Below are positions 11,979 through 23,379 of a DNA stretch of 64,000 bases, one piece after another. Within the stretch, counting starts at the first letter, position 1. The number at the start of each line of letters is the position of its first letter. The stretch covers positions 1,922,001 through 1,986,000 of the forward strand of contig OZ037836.1 in NCBI GenBank assembly GCA_964035575.1, in the 5' to 3' direction. Source of the stretch: Rhynchopus sp. YZ270_cl-10. Its lineage: Eukaryota. The position numbers and the translations under genes were made by a program. The notes beneath the pieces are model-generated. The model was not told the DNA's origin. It saw nothing but the letters and a program-made list of their open reading frames with translations, and did no database searches.

Positions 11979-14437
11979 GGGAAATATTCATATTGGAACC
12001 GAAACTTTGGGGAACCGGTCATTTCGGAACCGGGAACCGGGGAACCGGGAACCGGTTCCCGGGAACCATACGGGGGGAACCAGGGAACCGGTTCCCGGGG
12101 ACCGGTTCCCTGGTTCCCGTGTGGTTCCCCCTGTGGTTCCCCGTTACTGGGTACTGGGTACTGGGTACTGGGTACTGGGTACTGGGTACTGGGTACTGGG
12201 TACTGGGTACTGGGTACTGGGTACTGGGTACTGGGTACTGGGTACTGGGTACTGGGTACTGGGTACTGGGTACTGGGTACTGGGTACTGGGTACTGGGTA
12301 CTGGGTACTGGGTACTGGGTACTGGGTACTGGGTACTGGGTACTGGGTACTGGGTACTGGGTACTGGGTACTGGGTACTGGGTACTGGGTACTGGGTACT
12401 GGGTACTGGGTACTGGGTACTGGGTACTGGGTACTGGGTACTGGGTACTGGGTACTGGGTACTGGGTACTGGGTACTGGGTACTGGGTACTGGGTACTGG
12501 GTACTGGGTACTGGGTACTGGGTACTGGGTACTGGGTACTGGGTACTGGGTACTGGGTACTGGGTACTGGGTACTGGGTACTGGCCAGAGAAGGCACCTT
12601 GACAGCTTACAGGTTACGGTGAAGATAAGGTATGTAAATGTGTTTAACTTTCAGATGTGTTTTACTTGTGTAGATTCAACAAGACGTCCAGTGGTTTGCG
12701 GTATTTTTTTAGTGTCTGTTTTAGTGTGAGTTTTGAAAAGGTTCTGTAGTACAACGCTTTCGTACGCCGTGTTTCACCACTTTTTTCATTAACCTAACTA
12801 CTTCTACGTTTGTACACCATAACTTAATCACACCCCACATTTATACAGGATCGTGAAATATGACTGTATCTGCGATTGCGATGAAAGAAGCTTCGCCTCG
12901 TCCGACATTCAACAACTCAAAATTCAACGGGTGTTCACCCGCATCAGTCTATTCTGGTTTGCGGGTGAAATACCTGGGGGTGGAAGGGTGGGGGGAACAT
13001 TTTGTCAGTCACTGCTATAGCCATTTAACCCAGGGAGCATAGCTAGTGCAAGAAATTCGACTTTGGAAACCTTCCAGAAAGTCTGTCCTCTGCTTGCGGA
13101 GGACTAGCACAAGAAAATATTGCGTTCCCCCAGAAAACCAGTGCACATTTCACACTCCTTGTGGGTGGTCTTGTTGCCTTTTCGTCATAGTAATTTTGGC
13201 CCAGGCATGCTCTTGAAGCATGACAATTTAGTGTGTATGGGGCAGGGTGTTGTTTTGTTCTGAATTCTCTTTGTTATAACATCTAAGTCAATCGCGGGTG
13301 GTGGTTTGTGTAGCGTGAGGCACTCTTTTTAGCAAACTTCCTGCGGCTGCTAAAGTGTTATTTCTTCGGATTTAACAACGTACAGCGTAACATAGTGGTT
13401 TAGCCTGGTCGACACAACCTTTGATAGATACGGGATAACCAACCCCCTTCGACCCCTCGTGGGTTCACTGAACAAGCCCTAGTGGTAGTTAAACGCGATT
13501 GACATTTACATTCCTAGAGATGAAAGAACAAGATAACACTTCTGTACCCGCGCATCAAAATTGTGGAAAACTTTGCACCCCAAACACCCTCAACAACGCC
13601 CGCCAAAAGGCGCCCCTTGTTGCTGGGAGTTGTTCTCATGTTTGATACCTGCACAGCGGGCATTCCTCTGAGTCCAACGCATGTTTGGCCTGTCTGCGGC
13701 GTTGTACTTAAGGTGCACGAAGACAGGGTCTGGTGGTAAATTTTGCGTAGTACTGCGACGTGGTACTGCGTGGGTCTGGGAATATGGGTACCTGGGTACA
13801 GGAAATTTGTTGTGGAAGACATCAACCACCATGCATTGAGGAGGGTAAGACAGTGTTCGCAGTTTCTACCTGATAGCATTACAACATTTAACTTCTCCAC
13901 GGGGGTCTTGGGCCGTTCACTCGGTTCTACCTTGACTACCGGAAGATATTCTTGAGGCCTTTTTGGTCTCTAGAATATCCGGTCTTCCCGAACGGAGGCA
14001 CACTTTGTGTGTTACTACGACCTGGCAATTTCCAGCAGTAGGTTAAGTAATCTTTCTTGTAAATTGTTGGATCATTATCTCCTCAGTGCATGAATGCCCC
14101 ACGTGACTGGACACTTTTGTGTTTGTCATGTGGAGCTGTGGTTGCTCTTTCACGACTTTTTTCCTGTTCCTGGGTACCTGTTCCTGGACCTGGACCTGGG
14201 TATCTGGGTACCTGGGTACCTGGGGAACCAGGGAACCAGGGAACCGGTTCCCTGGTTCCCCCTGTACGGTTCCCGGGAACCACAGGGGGAACCACACGGG
14301 AACCAGGGAACTGGTTCCCGGGAACCAGTTCCCTGGTTCCCCCCGTATGGTTCCCGGGAACCGGTTCCCGGTTCCCCGGTTCCCGGTTCCGAAATGACCG
14401 GTTCCCCAAAGTTCTGGTTCCAATATGAATATTTCCC
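11979..14437. mobile_element. Foldback/MULE-like element, copy A, with modular GGAACC/GGTTCC TIRs
   Basis: Ends GGGAAATATTCATATTGGAACC ... GGTTCCAATATGAATATTTCCC, TIRs about 165 bp, flanked on both sides by AAAATTTTTTT-type target. Confidence 0.8.
12146..12584. repeat. (ACTGGGT)n heptamer array, about 62 copies
   Basis: Perfect array inside foldback copy A. Confidence 0.98.
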
Positions 14438-14450
14438 AAAAATTTTTTTT

Positions 14451-16009
14451 GGGAAATATTCATATTGGAACCAGAACTTTGGGGAACCGGTCATTTCGGA
14501 ACCGGGAACCGGGGAACCGGTTCCCGGGAACCATACGGGGGGAACCAGGGAACTGGTTCCGGGAACCAGTTCCCTGGTTCCCGTGTGGTTCCCCCTGTGG
14601 TTCCCCTGTGGTTCCCGGGAACCAGGGAACCGGTTCCCGGGAACCGGTTCCCGGGAACCGGTTCCCTGGTTCCCCTAAGGTTCCCCCCTGTGGTTCCCGG
14701 GAACCGTACAGGGGGAACCAGGGAACCAGGGAACCGGTTCCCTGGTTCCCCAGGTACCCAGGTACCCAGGTACCCAGGTACCCAGGTACCCAGGTACCCA
14801 GGTACCCAGGTACCCAGGTACCCACCCCCGCAGGAAGTTTGCTAAAAAGAGTGCCTCACGCTACACAAACCACCACCCGCGATTGACTTAGATGTTATAA
14901 CAAAGAGAATTCAGAACAAAACAACACCCTGCCCCATACACACTAAATTGTCATGCTTCAAGAGCATGCCTGGGCCAAAATTACTATGACGAAAAGGCAA
15001 CAAGACCACCCACAAGGAGTGTGAAATGTGCACTGGTTTTCTGGGGGAACGCAATATTTTCTTGTGTCTAGTCCTCCGCAAGCAGAGGACAGACTTTCTG
15101 GAAGGTTTCCAAAGTCGAATTTCTTGCACTAGCTATGCTCCCTGGGTTAAATGGCTATAGCAGTGACTGACAAAATGTTCCCCCCACCCTTCCACCCCCA
15201 GGTATTTCACCCGCAAACCAGAATAGACTGATGCGGGTGAACACCCGTTGAATTTTGAGTTGTTGAATGTCGGACGAGGCGAAGCTTCTTTCATCGCAAT
15301 CGCAGATACAGTCATATTTCACGATCCTGTATAAATGTGGGGTGTGATTAAGTTATGGTGTACAAACGTAGAAGTAGTTAGGTTAATGAAAAAAGTGGTG
15401 AAACACGGCGTACGAAAGCGTTGTACTACAGAACCTTTTCAATAACTCACACTAAAACAGACACTAAAAAAATACCACTGGACGTCTTGTTGAATCTACA
15501 CAAGTAACTGAAAGTTAAACACATTTACATACCTTATCTTCACCGTAACCTGTAAGCTGTCAAGGTGCCTTCTCTGGCCAGTACCCAGTACCCAGTACCC
15601 AGTACCCAGTACCCAGTACCCAGTACCCAGTACCCAGTACCCAGTACCCAGTACCCAGTACCCAGTACCCAGTACCCAGTACCCAGTACCCAGTACCCAG
15701 TACCCAGTACCCAGTACCCAGTACCCAGTACCCAGTACCCAGTACCCAGTACCCAGTACCCAGTACCCAGTACCCAGTACCCAGTACCCAGTACCCAGTA
15801 CCCAGTACCCAGTACCCAGTACCCAGTACCCAGTAACGGGGAACCACAGGGGGAACCACACGGGAACCAGGGAACCGGTCCCCGGGAACCAGTTCCCTGG
15901 TTCCCCCCGTATGGTTCCCGGGAACCGGTTCCCCGGTTCCCGGTTCCGAAATGACCGGTTCCCCAAAGTTTCGGTTCCAATATGAATTATCTGAATCTGA
16001 ATATTTCCC
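14451..16009. mobile_element. Foldback/MULE-like element, copy B, inverted relative to A and internally deleted
   Basis: Same termini as A. About 14830-16009 is the reverse complement of about 11979-13345. Contains (CCCAGGTA)n near 14748-14823 and (AGTACCC)n at 15578-15835 (~37 copies). Followed by AAAATTTTTTT. Confidence 0.8.
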
Positions 16010-17199
16010 AAAATTTTTTTTTTCACAAGTGCTTTTGAGGCCTGCTCACTACACCCTAGGCACCCTTCTGGGACCAAAAAGTCCAAAAAAGCAAGAATTG
16101 GGCTGTTTTGAGCATCTAGAGTCAATTCCCCAGCCATTTTTTGTACCACCCCAGCCATTTTGTATGGGCCAGCGCCTTAGCAAAAAATCGAAAAATCTCA
16201 AAAAAAAATTTTTTTTTCGGGAAAATTTCGACCACTGAGGTGGGTCTTTGGGCACCAAAAAATGCAAAAAAATGCAAAAATCGGGTGTTTTGACCATCTG
16301 TGGTTACACAAAACACACTTCTGTGTACAAGCCTACACCAATACAGTGGTAATACAAGGCGATTTTTGACCAAAAAAAAAATTTTTTTTTCGCCCAAAAT
16401 CGGGCGTGGTACGTCATAAAATGGCCCAAAAAATCCAAGGAAAACCTTCGATTGGGCAAATTATGAAAAAAAATTTCAAGTCAAATTTTCAACCAAAATA
16501 CGGTCATTTTGTTCACACAGTGATTCTACGTCATGCTAGCTTCCTGTGCAGAACTCCAGCAATTCACCAATGCCGGCATCTATCTTTCCATTATCGCCAT
16601 TGCACTTCGTGTGTTACCAACGTGCTCAAGAAATGACGTGCTGTCACACTCCAACCAGAGTATCGAACCCGTACGTACATAACGAAGATACACGAGCCCA
16701 CCCAAAGCCTACTGAGTCGGTTTAAGTCGGATTGGTAGCCTTGTCCCCTATCATCTCCCCTCTTCCCCCTTTTAATACAAGGGCAGTCTCGTGACTATGT
16801 AACCTACAAAACCACCATTTAAGCACCTCAGTATCATACCCTCAACCCTCATCCACACAGATTCGCCTCCTTAAACCTGCAAACCTGCAAACCTTCTAAC
16901 ACCTCAGAGGGCAAGGCCCGCAAACCCTTATTCCAATGGAAGAATTTTTCAAAAATTCTCTATACTTCCTATGACTGGACCCAACTCCCCTCACTATTTT
17001 TTCCCTAAAAAAGCCCCCAAAATTCCTACCATTTTTACCATTTTTACCATTTTTGACCAATTTAGGGTACCTCCTCAGTAAGCTCTCACGGCCTGTTGTG
17101 TGGTACGAGACGGTCATAGACCGAATTATTTTAGCTTTTCAAAAATAATAATAAAAACCCCTTTCATCTTTTGTTTAGTTGGTACGCTGCCCACGTTCG

Positions 17200-17568
17200 G
17201 ATTTATCTGAGTGGAAGAACGTGACGCAGGTCGGAGCTGACTTCCTCTTCTCCTGCAGCGCACTGACTGATTTGGACCTCTCCACGTGGAAGGATGTCAC
17301 GCAGGTTGGCAACAGCTTCCTCTACGCCTGCAAGTCACTGAACAACCTCCTCAACTTATCTGGGTGGAAAAATGTAACCCACATTCCAGACCAGTTCGTC
17401 AGCCACTGCAGCTCGTTGAGAACACTGGACTTATCTGGGTGGGCGAGTGTGACGCATGTTGGGCGAGAAGCACTTGACCGCTGCAACTTACGTAGATGCA
17501 GCATGAACGTCACCGGATCGAGCAGTGTCGTAAACAGCCTTGGCGCCAAGAAGAAGAATTGTGTGTGA
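17200..17568 (+). pseudogene. 3' fragment or orphan exon of a subfamily A-like LRR gene
   Basis: DLSEWKNVTQVGADFLFSC repeats, ends NVTGSSSVVNSLGAKKKNCV*. No UBL part nearby. Preceded by a possible acceptor TTTGTTTAG at 17178. Confidence 0.7.
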
Positions 17569-17619
17569 ATGTGAGCGTCCATCATTTCAACCTCTCTCAC
17601 TTTTCCCATTTCTCTATTT

Positions 17620-18903
17620 GGCTCAGTCCATAAACCCCCCCACCTGAAAGGTATCCTCAGCAACTATTTGGATATTATCAAATATGTACTAGGACGTTCT
17701 GTTCGATTTTTGTTTTAATGGATTCAGAGTAAAGTTTCTGAATTCATTAAAACCAAAATCGAGCAAAAAGACCGAGTACAAATTTGATGGATCACCCCCG
17801 AGAGGTAAATAAGTTACCGGTAACCCGAATTACCGGTAATTCCTTAAGGATTCCTTAAGAAACACGGAAAAAAGCAAAAAAATATCAAAAGAGGGGGCAC
17901 TTTAATTTATCATTTGGAAACCCTTCCCACTTTACGCGTTGTTCATTTTGTCTTTTTTATTCTCAAAAAAATCGGTTCATCCAATCGTGCCGGTTGCCGA
18001 GAGGCAGGCCAGGGTCCTCCTCTTCTGCAATCTCAGGTGCCTTTTCGTTTTCATAATTGTATGGGCTGATGTCGGGAGGCACTTCCAGTCCAAAGAACTT
18101 TTGCATTTTCTCCTTTTCAAGTTTTGTACAAAACCCGTTACTGTTAACTATTTTTGTGAAAAACACGGGAAAGACGGGCGGGACTTCCATTTTGGAGTCG
18201 TGTCCAGACATTTGGAGGATATCGTCGTTACGGAGCTTGTTACAGTAGATGATGTTGCCTTACACCTGTCCAACATTGCTCATACAACTGGCATTGCGTT
18301 GAAGTTGAAGGACTCAACACAATACACTATAACCCGTGTAGAGTGCAACTTGTTCACTGCTCTTTTTGTTGGCAAAGGAATACAGAAAAAACTGTGTTTG
18401 CTTCCATGCTCTCCGATCCGCAAGAATTTGTGGAGGTGGCTTACACGATTTCTTCTGAAAAGACCACAAGGAAAACGAAAAGGCACCTGAGATTGCAGAA
18501 GAGGAGGACCCTGGCCTGCCTCTCGGCAACCGGCACGATTGGATGAACCGATTTTTTTGAGAATAAAAAAGACAAAATGAACAACGCGTAAAGTGGGAAG
18601 GGTTTCCAAATGATAAATTAAAGTGCCCCCTCTTTTGATATTTTTTTGCTTTTTTCCGTGTTTCTTAAGGAATCCTTAAGGAATTACCGGTAATTCGGGT
18701 TACCGGTAACTTATTTACCTCTCGGGGGTGATCCATCAAATTTGTACTCGGTCTTTTTGCTCGATTTTGGTTTTAATGAATTCAGAAACTTTACTCTGAA
18801 TCCATTAAAACAAAAATCGAACAGAACGTCCTAGTACATATTTGATAATATCCAAATAGTTGCTGAGGTTACCTTTCAGGTGGGGGGGTTTATGGACTGA
18901 CCC
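17620..18903. mobile_element. 1284-bp foldback element with 433-bp inverted arms and 4-bp TSD ATTT
   Basis: 17620-18052 is the near-perfect reverse complement of 18471-18903. ATTT at 17616-17619 and 18904-18907. Confidence 0.9.
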
Positions 18904-20343
18904 ATTTACAGAGTGGATACATGATGATTTGTCCCACTTCTCCTTTGTTGTGCACTCAGTGACTCAACTCATTCTCTGCTTCGAGACATGTTTTTCTTTT
19001 TATAGGTCAAACGCAGTTGACAAGGGGAAGTGCGACGGTCACACTAACTGTCGACGCACCCTCATTTGTACTCCTCACTTCTCACAGCACCATCTGCGGA
19101 AGCGTACAGACTAGCAAACTCTCGTTTTCGTTTCCCGTTTTTCCTGTGCGGGTGAAGATAGCTATTGACACCCGTAGTATTTTGTTGCTACGTGTGCGGA
19201 CGCAGCGGAAGCGTAGTGGGTTGCACTTCGAGTGCGCAACAAAGACCCGATATTTTTTGTGGCTCGGGGCCACACGCAGGGGACATTACTAGTTTGATAT
19301 TTAAAAAAAAACGGCCGGTATGAGCCAAGAAACCGGTGTGAGGCAATTTTTTCCCCACACATTTTTGACAGAGACCTCCACAACTCTCCTCCGCGCCCTT
19401 GTCTGACCATAATAAGGCACATATGGCACCAAAACACTTCTGGCGAATCCACGGTACGCAACATTTCATAAATTCTGACATAAAATCGCACGCTTTTACA
19501 GCCAAACTATGGCATAGGTAGGGTAGAGCTGTGGGCTGCCGCTCAATAATAATTCTTAGCTGCGTCGCGGGGGCACGGTACACGCTACTTTTATATGAGA
19601 GTTGCGAACATGTTGAAAAAGGACTCTGACGAACGCACCGGACCTCCACTCTTCCTCCTCCGCACAGGGGGGTGGTGCTACTAACGTAGAAGAGAATTAT
19701 GCGAACCAGCAGCATTTGCTGCACGAAGTATCTTCTTGTCTGCCACGTGAAAGCGATAGTGCTACTGCGAACGGGAAGAGAGAAGAGGACGTTGCGGACT
19801 ACACGTGGCTGGAAAGGGAAACGGGAAGAGGGGTTCCATTCCGGAGAGCGAGCCTGGGAAGCATCTGTCCGATCGATCAGGGGTTGGGGTGGGGGGTGGT
19901 ACTCAAAGTGTCGGTCTTGGGATCGGTGGAGACGCATGGAGGCTGTGCGGGTTTCTTGTGCAGAACGGGGCAGGTAACGGTGCGTGAGAGGGCCAGGGGA
20001 AGGTGGGTTTGCTTTCGTGAGGAGGGAACGTCTGTGAAGGGCGCTGGTTCAGGGAGAGGGGATGGAGAGGTGAGAGATCTGAAGTCGGGGGTTGTGGGTT
20101 GTGGGTCGGGGAGAGGGGCCTTCTCCATACACCTGTCACACTTGTCACCTGTGTGATCTTCACGCAGCCGGCAACTTGCCTGTCTTGCTTCACCCATTCA
20201 AAGCCACTTTATTTCTTCACACTTTGCTGACTACTCAAAGAGCCCCTCCCCTTCAACCCTTCATTGAAAAGGACTGCAGGCTTGTTGTCCTCCACACCCC
20301 ACCACCACACATAGAGATCAGAACACAAAACCACAACAAAGAC

Positions 20344-23064
20344 ATGGACCTGAACATCAAGGGCTTCGACACGAATCTGCACACAGTCGAGGTGGGTGCA
20401 GATGACACAGTGGAGGGCTTGCGGCGGAAGGTGGCGTCTGCAATGGGGTTGCCTGAAGACAGCTTTTGCATGAGTTTCGGAGACGAAGCGATGGGAGAAG
20501 GAGCGGACATGACGCAGCTGAGTGCTGGTGACACAATCATCCTCACAAAAACGCAGAAGGGGGCAATTAACGTCTGACCAACCGCCAAGTGGGGCCCCTG
20601 GACGCCGTGTTCGCATGGTACTGAGTCAGCGTGGGCGGCCGCCTCTCCAATGATGGATTCGCTCGGGACCGGAGGAGGAACAAGCCGATGTGGGAACCCT
20701 GGTTATTAATACAACATCACAGTCAATTTCGGGCAGATCACCAGCTTATGTAGGCTACGCAAACCCCTTCGGAGGGGTTTCAAGGATCTGTTACCTGTGC
20801 GGTGACTGGGAGTGTGTTGATGCCGATGAGGGGATCCCAGGTACAAGAAGGAAGCGTTGCCGGTGTCTCTACTGGTGACGGAATATTGTTGCTGTTCCTG
20901 TGTTGTCGTTTGACCGCATGGGAACGTTGTGTTGCTTTGTTGGTGCGTACACTGCATGTGAAACAACTGTGGATCAGCAGGTACGTGCTCTTGTGTATTC
21001 AGTGTGGTGTGTTGTAGTTTTGTTCAGTTCAGTTCAGTTTTCATCTTTTTGCCGTAGTAGAATTCTTGTGTTATGTGTTTAACCTCAGGCTGTGTACACC
21101 GTAGTGAAACATCTGTGGATCTGCAGGTGCGTGCTCTGTCGTTAATTCAGTGTGGCATGTTGTAGTTTTTGGTCTGTTTTTACGTTTTTGATACGTTAGT
21201 AGAAGAAGGGATCTGCGAACATTCATTCGCAGGTGGGTACAAGTTGTCGCCGTGGCATTCAGCTACGGTGCAGAAGAAGTAGTAGGGCAGACCAACGTCT
21301 GTGCTAGAAGGAAGAGGTTAAACTTTCAGGGTGTATGCACTCTGCAGGTACATGCTCTGTTGTTTTCCAATGTGTTTGTTTTTGTTCTATTTTCACGTGC
21401 TTTGGTACGTTGGAGATGAAGGAGTTGTCGCCGTGGCGTCCAGCTACGGTGCAGAAGAGGCAGTAGGGCAGACCAACTACCAAATGTAGGGTCTGTGCTA
21501 CGCGGAAAGGCTGGTACTTGAGTTTGTTCACTGTTTGTTGTAACTCCTTCCCTACCGGTACTCCCTTTCTTGTAAGGAAGAAGTTACAACTTTCTCTGTA
21601 CAAATCAGGGGAATTTTGTGTGGCCGTCTGCCATATTGTGTGGACATGTTAGCTGACGGTGCTGCTGTTTCTTTTACAACAACACTGCTCTTGCTGTTGA
21701 TTTTTCTTTTTCATTTTTACTTTTTATTGTTTCGAAAAACGGAGGTTAATGTTTCCGGTTCGGGCCTGGACTCCGACCCCTACTCTTGCTGACGCGAACG
21801 AACGGTCGTGAACCGTCCCCATTCTCTTACGGTGTGGGCACCGCGGTAACGGTGGCTAGGAAGAAGGGAATCACCCAGAACCACTAATCGCAGCCTGACA
21901 GGCACCGAACCTCGGGTGAGAATCCCCTCCTGTCAGCCCTGTTCGAAGTACCTATTTTGTTTGACCTTCTTGTCTTTTTGACTTTTTGACTTTTTCTTTT
22001 ATGCTATCGAACAGTGCACCCCCAGTAGTGTTGGCATGCATACCTGGGCTGGTCGGCTTGCCGATCTGTTCCAGGGACTGGGGTAAAGTGCCACTAAACG
22101 CAGCAGGTACCTGTGTTTTTTGGGGGTCTTTTGGTTGGGAAGGCCACAGAAAGAAGGCCCGGCCTGCCAGAGACCGTTAAAACGGACTACCACCCTCACA
22201 AAAACGCAGAAGTACGAAGCCATTGCAGAGCTTCATGCGTTGGGTGTGACCGACATCACAGCGGAGAAGTTGGAGAATGTGGAGAATCCTGAGGTGGCGT
22301 GTTTGCTTCTGCAGGCGGAGGTTGCGACTGTCATTCCGAGTGGGTTCTTGTCAGGCACTTCGTTGACGAGACTTGATCTCAGTGCTGAGTTGGCCATTGT
22401 GACTCACATTGGAGACTACTTCCTGCACAACTGCACCTCGTTAACAAGTATCAACCTCTCTGGGTTGAGCAATGTGACGCAGGTGGGTGCATATTTCCTT
22501 GCGAACTGTAGGAGCTTAACGAACCTGGATTTATCGCCACTCAGCAATGTAACGAGGATTGATAGCAGCTTTCTTGAAGATTGTAGGAGCTTAACCACCC
22601 TCGATTTAACCCCGCCCAGCAATGTGACGCAGGTTGATGTGTGCTTCCTTATTAACTGCAGCAGCTTAACCACCCTCGATTTATCTCCACTCAGCAATGT
22701 GACGGAAGTTGGTGCGTGCTTCCTTGCGAACTGCAGCAACTTAACGACCCTCGATGTATCACCACTCAGGAATGTGACGCAGGTTGGTGCGTGCTTCCTT
22801 GGGGACTGTACGAACTTGACGACCCTGGATTTGTCACCACTCAGCAATGTGACGTCGATTGACTTGGCTCCTTGGGTCAAGACTACGCAATTTGCTGCGA
22901 ACTGCACTTCGTTGACGAGCATTTACCTTTCCGGCTGCAGCAGTGTTGTGTCCAACGAAGTGAGGAACGGCAAGCTGAGCAAGCTTGTGGTTGAAGCACG
23001 TCCGAAACGAAGCAGAGACGAATCCCCCGAGCAAAGCCAGAAGCGACAGAGACACGCACAATGA
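20344..23064 (+). CDS. UBL-LRR protein, subfamily B with NLS-like tail; split by the insertion at 20560-22193
   Basis: MDLNIKGFDTNLHTVEV...IILTKTQK resumes at YEAIAELHALG...; repeats LTTLDLSPLSNVTQVGACFL; ends RPKRSRDESPEQSQKRQRHAQ*. Precise removal of the insert gives 355 aa with no stops. Splicing is unproven. Confidence 0.7.
20560..22193. mobile_element. 1634-bp non-autonomous retroposon-like insertion with 19-bp TSD
   Basis: CCTCACAAAAACGCAGAAG at 20541-20559 and 22194-22212. No TIRs and no long ORF. Right end AAAACGGACTACCAC resembles the 3' end of the LINE at 58350. Confidence 0.88.
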
Positions 23065-23266
23065 CGACGTGGTGTGTTGGTGGCAGGGCAGCACCTCCCC
23101 GAGGTGGAGGGTCTCTGGCAGTATGTCTGCTTGCATCCTCTGACAAGTTGTGTCGTGTTTACATCGCTCTCACCAATAATTTGGGCACACTCAGATATCC
23201 TCCCCTACAACCTCTGCAAGGCGGTTGTCTCAATAAAAATAACACAATGTGTGGAACGTCTTGCTC

Positions 23267-23379
23267 ACGAAGCTTTCAAAACAAAACAAAAGACCTCTCC
23301 CCTTGTAACTGTTTATTGTCTCTTGCGTACTCTTACCCCCAATTGAAAACACCTGCACAAAACAGAGAGACACAAAACC
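23267..23379 (+). promoter_or_regulatory. Conserved 5' flank of subfamily A genes: pyrimidine tract plus AG, candidate trans-splice acceptor
   Basis: GAAGCTTTCAAAACAAAACAAAAGACCTCTCCCC...CACAAAACAGAGAGACACAAAACC-ATG recurs at about 27998-28110, 33659-33771 and 63244-63347, and in interrupted form at 60180-61199. Function is inferred. Confidence 0.55.

Larger units (their letters stand above)
8520..17082. mobile_element. Non-autonomous TIR element expanded to 8.56 kb by nested insertions
   Basis: 21-bp TIRs CTAACTCAGGAGGTACCCTAA (8520-8540) and TTAGGGTACCTCCTCAGTAAG (17062-17082) with 2 mismatches. 7-bp TSD CTCTCAC at 8513-8519 and 17083-17089. Subterminal AATTCGCGCC repeats. Confidence 0.75.

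Noticed and set aside
12146..12584. Heptamer array as a telomere
   Set aside because: It is internal to a TIR element and present in both orientations.
8780..16158. Long ORFs such as (YCTVL)n, (GTGYWVL)n and GNR/EPV-rich frames
   Set aside because: They are stop-free translations of microsatellites and modular TIRs, open in several frames on both strands.
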